Source: Eledone cirrhosa (taxonomy: Eukaryota). From it: a stretch of 64,000 nucleotides of DNA. The DNA lies in assembly GCA_964016885.1 (NCBI GenBank), contig CAXHJY010000083.1, forward strand, positions 1-64,000, in the 5' to 3' direction. Shown here piece after piece: positions 56,850-64,000 of the stretch (its first letter is position 1; every line of letters starts with the position of its first letter). The notes beneath the pieces are model-generated. The model did not search any database. It saw only the letters and a program-made list of their open reading frames with translations, and was not told the DNA's origin. The position numbers and the translations under genes were made by a program.

Positions 56850-58022
56850 TCACGTGTTTGTTGTTGTTGTTGTTGTGGTGGTGGTGGTGGGGTTGTTGGT
56901 TTTTGTTGTTGTTGTGGTTGTTTTTGTTGTTGTTGTGGTTGTTTTTGTTGTTGTTGGTAGCAGTGTTTTTTTCTGTGTGAGCTGGGGACAGGCAGCCCTC
57001 AGGTGACCTCTATTGCCACAGAGGTAACAGGAGGGACGCCTACCCTCCACAATAATGTTGAGGTGGGTACGGTCATCCAGCATGACGCGCTCAGGGATTT
57101 GGGCGATGCGTTCTGGCCTTATTTGGGTCAGAACTTCGAGGCTCGTTCCACTGAACGCGTCGCCGGATGCCTTCCCTATTGAGATGAGGTTGTCCTCGTC
57201 TAAATTGAGGAAACCGGTTAGTAACCACCAGTAGTTTATGTTTGGGGTGATGGTGGTTATCCATATCCTCTGGGTTTTTTTACCCATGTAGGTGGGGAAG
57301 AAGGTGTAGTGTGTGGACCGAATTGGCGACACAGAGTATTTTTTTGCCGCCAATTCGTCTTTCATCAATATGGATAAACTCCCATAGAGTTTATCCTTTT
57401 GTATGAAAGTGATGTCTCTCATCGCGTCTTTCAAGACTAACTGGATTTCCGCTTGAGATGGTTGCGCTGGTTTCTTTGTTTTATTTAAAATTGTTCGGAA
57501 TACGACAGTTCGTAATTCCGTCTGTCTTTTTAGCTCCGGAGGTGAATGTATAGAAAACGAACCGTTTTCGCCAAAAGACACATATTTCTTGGCTTTTTCC
57601 AGCATTTCTTTTGCTTTTGAAATATCTTCCAGCACATAAGCGACTGATAATTTAGCCGTTTGTGCAAAAGATATTTTGTTTTCGTTTTGGATATTAGTAT
57701 TGTTTTGTTTCTCGTCGTTTGAGTTGTTTTCATCTTTGTTGTTGTTGTTGTCTTTCTCGTTTCGTGTGTGGATACTTGTGACGTTTGTGTTGTTGTTGTT
57801 TTTGTTGTCTTTATTGTTGCTGTTGTTGTCGTTGTTGTTGTTGTTGTTTTCAAATTCTTGTGTAGTTGTGGCTACATCTAGTGGTCGGTCAACAGGTGAA
57901 GACAATTCTTCCTCTCTCTGACCTCTGCCTTTGGCATCTGCTGCTGTGACAGTGGCAGGGGGAAGCTGTGAGTATGACTTCCCCTTTCCTTCTTTGATTG
58001 ATGGTGAAGATGCTTCAGCCAT
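56850..58022 (-). CDS. Tx1-like ORF1 (gag-like, CCHC knuckle)
   Basis: EGRRPSCYLCGNRGHLRAACP; N- and T-rich tracts; C-terminus may have continued to ~56177 before repeat slippage. Confidence 0.8.
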   Translation of the reverse strand: MAEASSPSIKEGKGKSYSQLPPATVTAADAKGRGQREEELSSPVDRPLDVATTTQEFENNNNNNDNNSNNKDNKNNNNTNVTSIHTRNEKDNNNNKDENNSNDEKQNNTNIQNENKISFAQTAKLSVAYVLEDISKAKEMLEKAKKYVSFGENGSFSIHSPPELKRQTELRTVVFRTILNKTKKPAQPSQAEIQLVLKDAMRDITFIQKDKLYGSLSILMKDELAAKKYSVSPIRSTHYTFFPTYMGKKTQRIWITTITPNINYWWLLTGFLNLDEDNLISIGKASGDAFSGTSLEVLTQIRPERIAQIPERVMLDDRTHLNIIVEGRRPSCYLCGNRGHLRAACPQLTQKKTLLPTTTKTTTTTTKTTTTTTKTNNPTTTTTTTTTTNT

Positions 58023-58346
58023 TTTTCTCAAAATAGGGTTTTTCGAAGTTTTTCGAAAGATAAAATGTTCACAATACTATTTCGCCCAAAGGCGCAGAAT
58101 ATTTTGAGAGACCGACCAGATCAAAATTTGACCTGGCAGTCCCTCTACAAAATGATACAAAAAATGAAAGTTTACAGTTTACAATTTCCGTATGAATTTA
58201 AACAAAAACTTACCGAGCGAGCTCAGCACATGTGTCCATCGTAATAGATAGATAGATAGATATATGTATATATGTATATATATATATGTATATATGTATA
58301 TATATGTATATGTATATATGTATATATATATATATATGTATATATG

Positions 58347-58381
<35 letters not shown>

Positions 58382-58410
58382 ATGTATATATGTATATATA
58401 TATATATGTA

Positions 58411-58515
<105 letters not shown>

Positions 58516-58534
58516 GTATATATATATATATGTA

Positions 58535-58613
<79 letters not shown>

Positions 58614-58614
58614 G

Positions 58615-58649
<35 letters not shown>

Positions 58650-58742
58650 GTATATATGTATATATATATGTATATATGTATATATATATATGTATATATG
58701 TATATATATGTATATGTATATATGTATATATATATATATGTA

Positions 58743-58799
<57 letters not shown>

Positions 58800-58902
58800 G
58801 TATATATATATGTATATATGTATATATATATGTATATATGTATATATATATATGTATATATGTATATATATGTATATGTATATATGTATATATGTATATA
58901 TG

Positions 58903-58982
<80 letters not shown>

Positions 58983-59039
58983 CATATATATATACATATA
59001 TATATACATATATATATACATATATATATACATATATAC

Positions 59040-59148
<109 letters not shown>

Positions 59149-59168
59149 TACATATATACATATATATA

Positions 59169-59213
<45 letters not shown>

Positions 59214-59252
59214 TATACATATATATATATACATATATATATACATATATAC

Positions 59253-59303
<51 letters not shown>

Positions 59304-59324
59304 CATATATATATACATATATAC

Positions 59325-59359
<35 letters not shown>

Positions 59360-59384
59360 CATATATATATACATATATATATAC

Positions 59385-59417
<33 letters not shown>

Positions 59418-59430
59418 CATATATATATAC

Positions 59431-59463
<33 letters not shown>

Positions 59464-59464
59464 C

Positions 59465-59497
<33 letters not shown>

Positions 59498-59715
59498 GTT
59501 TTATTATAGATGAGATTCTACAGGACTAGAACTGTTTCATTCATTAGAAATCATCAGGAATCTGGGTATCAAAAAATAAATATGGTATTTATAGGTCTCT
59601 ACAAGTGGTAGGAGAGGGTGGGGAGTTGGATGGGTGCAGGTCATTGGTTGATAGAAAAGGGAATTCATTAAAAGCTAATTCTACAAAGCTATAGTTAATT
59701 TTTATTTTTATTTTT
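59498..59715 (-). repeat. Left arm of ~215 bp inverted repeat; HHR at 59513-59563
   Basis: Reverse complement of 60532-60750. Confidence 0.9.
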
Positions 59716-59785
59716 TAGAGTAACAAAGGCAGACAGAATTCTATGTGTGTGTGTGTGTATGTATGTGTATGTCTGTGTGTGTGTG

Positions 59786-59817
<32 letters not shown>

Positions 59818-59881
59818 TGTGTATATATGTATATGTATGTATATATATATATATATGTATATATATGTGTGTGCGTGTGTA

Positions 59882-59936
<55 letters not shown>

Positions 59937-59947
59937 GTGTTTGTATA

Positions 59948-59991
<44 letters not shown>

Positions 59992-60682
59992 CGTATGTAT
60001 ATGTGTATATGTATTTTATATATGTATGTATGTATGTGTGTGTACATGAATATATAATTTTATATATATTTATATATTTTTTATATATGTGTGTATATGT
60101 GTTTGTGTGTGTGTTTATGGTTGCGCGTAAGTGTGTGAGTGAGTATGTGTGTTTTTTTTGTTTTTTATGTGTGTTTTTTTTTGTTTTTCTGTTTTTTTGT
60201 TTTTTTGTATTTTTGTTTTTTTGTTTTTTTGTGAATGTGTCTGTTGATTTTGGCATATTGTTGATTAGTTTAAGAGAAGTTCGAAGATAATAGTAAGATA
60301 TGCACTCAGTATTTTGAATCTGTCTGCAGAATTCCCTAGACCTTTGTCACTTAGTAGAACCTTAATGACTTTAGCTTTTAAAGAATCTCCCTCTTCTTTA
60401 ATTCTATCCAGCTTGACTGACCCCCCACTGATTTTATAGACATCTGTTAGCTTAAGAGAAACTTATTGACAAGGAATGGTATGCCATCCAGAACCTGTCT
60501 GCCTTGGTTACTCTAAAGACATAAATAAATATAAATAAAAATAAAAATTAACTATAGCTTTGTAGAATTAGCTTTTAATGAATTCCCTTTTCTATCAACC
60601 AATGACCTGCACCCATCCAACTCCCCACCCTCTCCTACCACTTGTAGAGACCTATAAATACCATATTTATTTTTTGATACCC

Positions 60683-60733
60683 AGATTCCTGATGATTTCT
60701 AATGAATGAAACAGTTCTAGTCCTGTAGAATCT
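60683..60733 (+). ncRNA. Type I hammerhead ribozyme (right arm copy)
   Basis: AGATTC-CTGATGA-tTTC-taat-GAAt-GAAA-CAG-ttctagtc-CTG-TA-GAATCT; canonical core, GUA cleavage triplet. Confidence 0.82.
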
Positions 60734-60867
60734 CATCTATATTAAAACTGTTATACTCTGCTATGTATTGAGTACCTTACTTACTGTGGTTACCTCCGAT
60801 TCAACCCGGATTAACGTATATATATATATATATATACATATATATACATATATATATATATATATAC

Positions 60868-60898
<31 letters not shown>

Positions 60899-60899
60899 C

Positions 60900-60932
<33 letters not shown>

Positions 60933-60943
60933 CATATATATAC

Positions 60944-60974
<31 letters not shown>

Positions 60975-61076
60975 CATATACATATATATACATATAATAT
61001 ATATATATACATATATATATATACATATATATATACATATATACATATATATATATACATATATATACATATATAC

Positions 61077-61127
<51 letters not shown>

Positions 61128-61128
61128 C

Positions 61129-61177
<49 letters not shown>

Positions 61178-61190
61178 CATATATATATAC

Positions 61191-61234
<44 letters not shown>

Positions 61235-63172
61235 TATAGAAGTGGATGGATACTTCAACAGGTACAATGTACTTGTAGAAATATTCAAGTTGTTTATAAT
61301 ACATGTGGTTCAATGGCACTAATTCGAGATACCAGAACAATATAAAAGTAGCGAAACAAACGGTTATTAAACAATTTCTAAATAAATTAAAAAATGATTA
61401 AATAATCACCTGTTCAGATGCTGTTACCGACGGTTTCATCATTCCGAAAGATTGGAAATCCAACGAATTTCCAATGGAAAGAAATGAATCTTCAGACAGC
61501 CCTATTTCCACGCTATAAGGTATAGCAAGTAAATATTATGCTCCCTGCCCAACGCATGCGGTCAAGCCGTTAAAGTGACACACACGCAAATCAGGTCGCT
61601 GATAAAAGCTGGATATTATAAACATGTCGAATTGCCACTAAAATTAGCGGCATTATTCAACGTTTTGTTCTCTACGTAAGGAGAATAAATTATAGAAGTG
61701 GATGGATACTTCAACAGGTACAATGTACTTGTAGAAATATTCAAGTTGTTTATAATACATGTGGTTCAATGGCACTAATTCGAGATACCAGAACAATATA
61801 AAAGTAGCGAAACAAACGGTTATTAAACAATTTTCTAAATAAATTAAAAATGATTAAATAATCACCTGTTCAGATGCTGTTACCGACGGTTTCATCATTC
61901 CGAAAGATTGGAAATCCAACGAATTTCCAATGGAAAGAAATGAATCTTCAGACAGCCCTATTTCCACGCTATAAGGTATAGCAAGTAAATATTATGCTCC
62001 CTGCCCAACGCATGCGGTCAAGCCGTTAAAGTGACACACACGCAAATCAGGTCGCTGATAAAAGCTGGATATTATAAACATGTCGAATTGCCACTAAAAT
62101 TAGCGGCATTATTCAACGTTTTGTTCTCTACGTAAGGAGAATAAATTATAGAAGTGGATGGATACTTCAACAGGTACAATGTACTTGTAGAAATATTCAA
62201 GTTGTTTATAATACATGTGGTTCAATGGCACTAATTCGAGATACCAGAACAATATAAAAGTAGCGAAACAAACGGTTATTAAACAATTTTCTAAATAAAT
62301 TAAAAAATGATTAAATAATCACCTGTTCAGATGCTGTTACCGACGGTTTCATCATTCCGAAAGATTGGAAATCCAACGAATTTCCAATGGAAAGAAATGA
62401 ATCTTCAGACAGCCCTATTTCCACGCTATAAGGTATAGCAAGTAAATATTATGCTCCCTGCCCAACGCATGCGGTCAAGCCGTTAAAGTGACACACACGC
62501 AAATCAGGTCGCTGATAAAAGCTGGATATTATAAACATGTCGAATTGCCACTAAAATTAGCGGCATTATTCAACGTTTTGTTCTCTACGTAAGGAGAATA
62601 AATTATAGAAGTGGATGGATACTTCAACAGGTACAATGTACTTGTAGAAATATTCAAGTTGTTTATAATACATGTGGTTCAATGGCACTAATTCGAGATA
62701 CCAGAACAATATAAAAGTAGCGAAGCAAACGGTTATTAAACAATTTTCTAAATAAATTAAAAAATGATTAAATAATCACCTGTTCAGATGCTGTTACCGA
62801 CGGTTTCATCATTCCGAAAGATTGGAAATCCAACGAATTTCCAATGGAAAGAAATGAATCTTCAGACAGCCCTATTTCCACGCTATAAGGTATAGCAAGT
62901 AAATATTATGCTCCCTGCCCAACGCATGCGGTCAAGCCGTTAAAGTGACACACACGCAAATCAGGTCGCTGATAAAAGCTGGATATTATAAACATGTCGA
63001 ATTGCCACTAAAATTAGCGGCATTATTCAACGTTTTGTTCTCTACGTAAGGAGAATAAATTATAGAAGTGGATGGATACTTCAACAGGTACAATGTACTT
63101 GTAGAAATATTCAAGTTGTTTATAATACATGTGGTTCAATGGCACTAATTCGAGATACCAGAACAATATAAA
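61235..63172 (-). repeat. Tandem array of 456-457 bp non-coding unit (4.2 copies), one HHR per unit: retrozyme-like
   Basis: GAAGTGGATGG recurs at 61239, 61695, 62151, 62608, 63065; HHRs at 61420-61500, 61876-61956, 62333-62413, 62790-62870. Confidence 0.93.
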
Positions 63173-64000
63173 GTGGCAATTCGACATGTTTATAATATCC
63201 AGCTTTTATCAGCGACCTGATTTGCGTGTGTGTCACTTTAACGGCTTGACCGCATGCGTTGGGCAGGGAGCATAATATTTACTTGCTATACCTTATAGCG
63301 TGGAAATAGGGCTGTCTGAAGATTCATTTCTTTCCATTGGAAATTCGTTGGATTTCCAATCTTTCGGAATGATGAAACCGTCGGTAACAGCATCTGAACA
63401 GGTGATTATTTAATCATTTTTAATTTATTTAGAAAATTGTTTAATAACCGTTTGTTTCGCTACTTTTATATTGTTCTGGTATCTCGAATTAGTGCCATTG
63501 AACCACATGTATTATAAACAACTTGAATATTTCTACAAGTACATTGTACCTGTTGAAGTATCCATCCACTTCTATAATTTATTCTCCTTACGTAGAGAAC
63601 AAAACGTTGAATAATGCCGCTAATTTTAGTGGCAATTCGACATGTTTATAATATCCAGCTTTTATCAGCGACCTGATTTGCGTGTGTGTCACTTTAACGG
63701 CTTGACCGCATGCGTTGGGCAGGGAGCATAATATTTACTTGCTATACCTTATAGCGTGGAAATAGGGCTGTCTGAAGATTCATTTCTTTCCATTGGAAAT
63801 TCGTTGGATTTCCAATCTTTCGGAATGATGAAACCGTCGGTAACAGCATCTGAACAGGTGATTATTTAATCATTTTTTAATTTATTTAGAAAATTGTTTA
63901 ATAACCGTTTGTTTCGCTACTTTTATATTGTTCTGGTATCTCGAATTAGTGCCATTGAACCACATGTATTATAAACAACTTGAATATTTCTACAAGTACA
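63172..64000 (+). repeat. Inverted arm of the same tandem array (at least 1.8 copies; runs off the window)
   Basis: Reverse complement of the unit; HHRs at 63311-63391 and 63767-63847. Confidence 0.93.
63311..63391 (+). ncRNA. Type I hammerhead ribozyme (representative copy of 6)
   Basis: GCTGT-CTGAAGA-tTCATTTC..ATTGGAAATTC-gtt-GGATTTCCAAT..GGAATGAt-GAAA-CCGTCGG-TA-ACAGC. Confidence 0.85.

Larger units (their letters stand above)
52450..58245 (-). mobile_element. Tx1/L1-clade LINE, apparently full length
   Basis: ORF1 with zinc knuckle, ORF2 APE-RT-CCHC, UTRs; flanked by AT microsatellite. Confidence 0.9.

Noticed and set aside
61235-64000. CRISPR array or coding tandem gene
   Set aside because: Whole 457-bp units are repeated with no unique spacers, no cas genes and no ORF

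Overview
Eukaryotic, repeat-saturated window with no host protein-coding gene that I can support. The long (TA)n/(TACA)n tracts, the SINE fragments and the LINE families resemble a cephalopod (octopus-like) genome; this is inference only. Roughly half the window is AT microsatellite, which produces the spurious 'YIYI' ORFs. Embedded in it are retroelements of about six lineages: a PHD-finger RTE-type LINE (3 close copies plus a relic), a BovB-like RTE, an intact two-ORF CR1/Jockey-like LINE, an intact R4/Dong-like RLE element in (TAA)n, a Tx1/L1-like LINE, and an intact Penelope-like (Naiad-type) RT+GIY-YIG element with pseudo-LTRs. The most striking non-coding signal is a set of type I hammerhead ribozyme (HHR) motifs that I folded by eye, about 16 copies in about 8 sequence families. 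The best case is a near-identical 456-457 bp non-coding tandem array (61235-64000) with one HHR per unit and a head-to-head inversion, which looks like a retrozyme/circRNA-type replicon. Most HHR inserts occur as divergent inverted pairs. The CR1-like LINE appears to need a -1 ribosomal frameshift to express ORF2. No folding programs or database searches were run.
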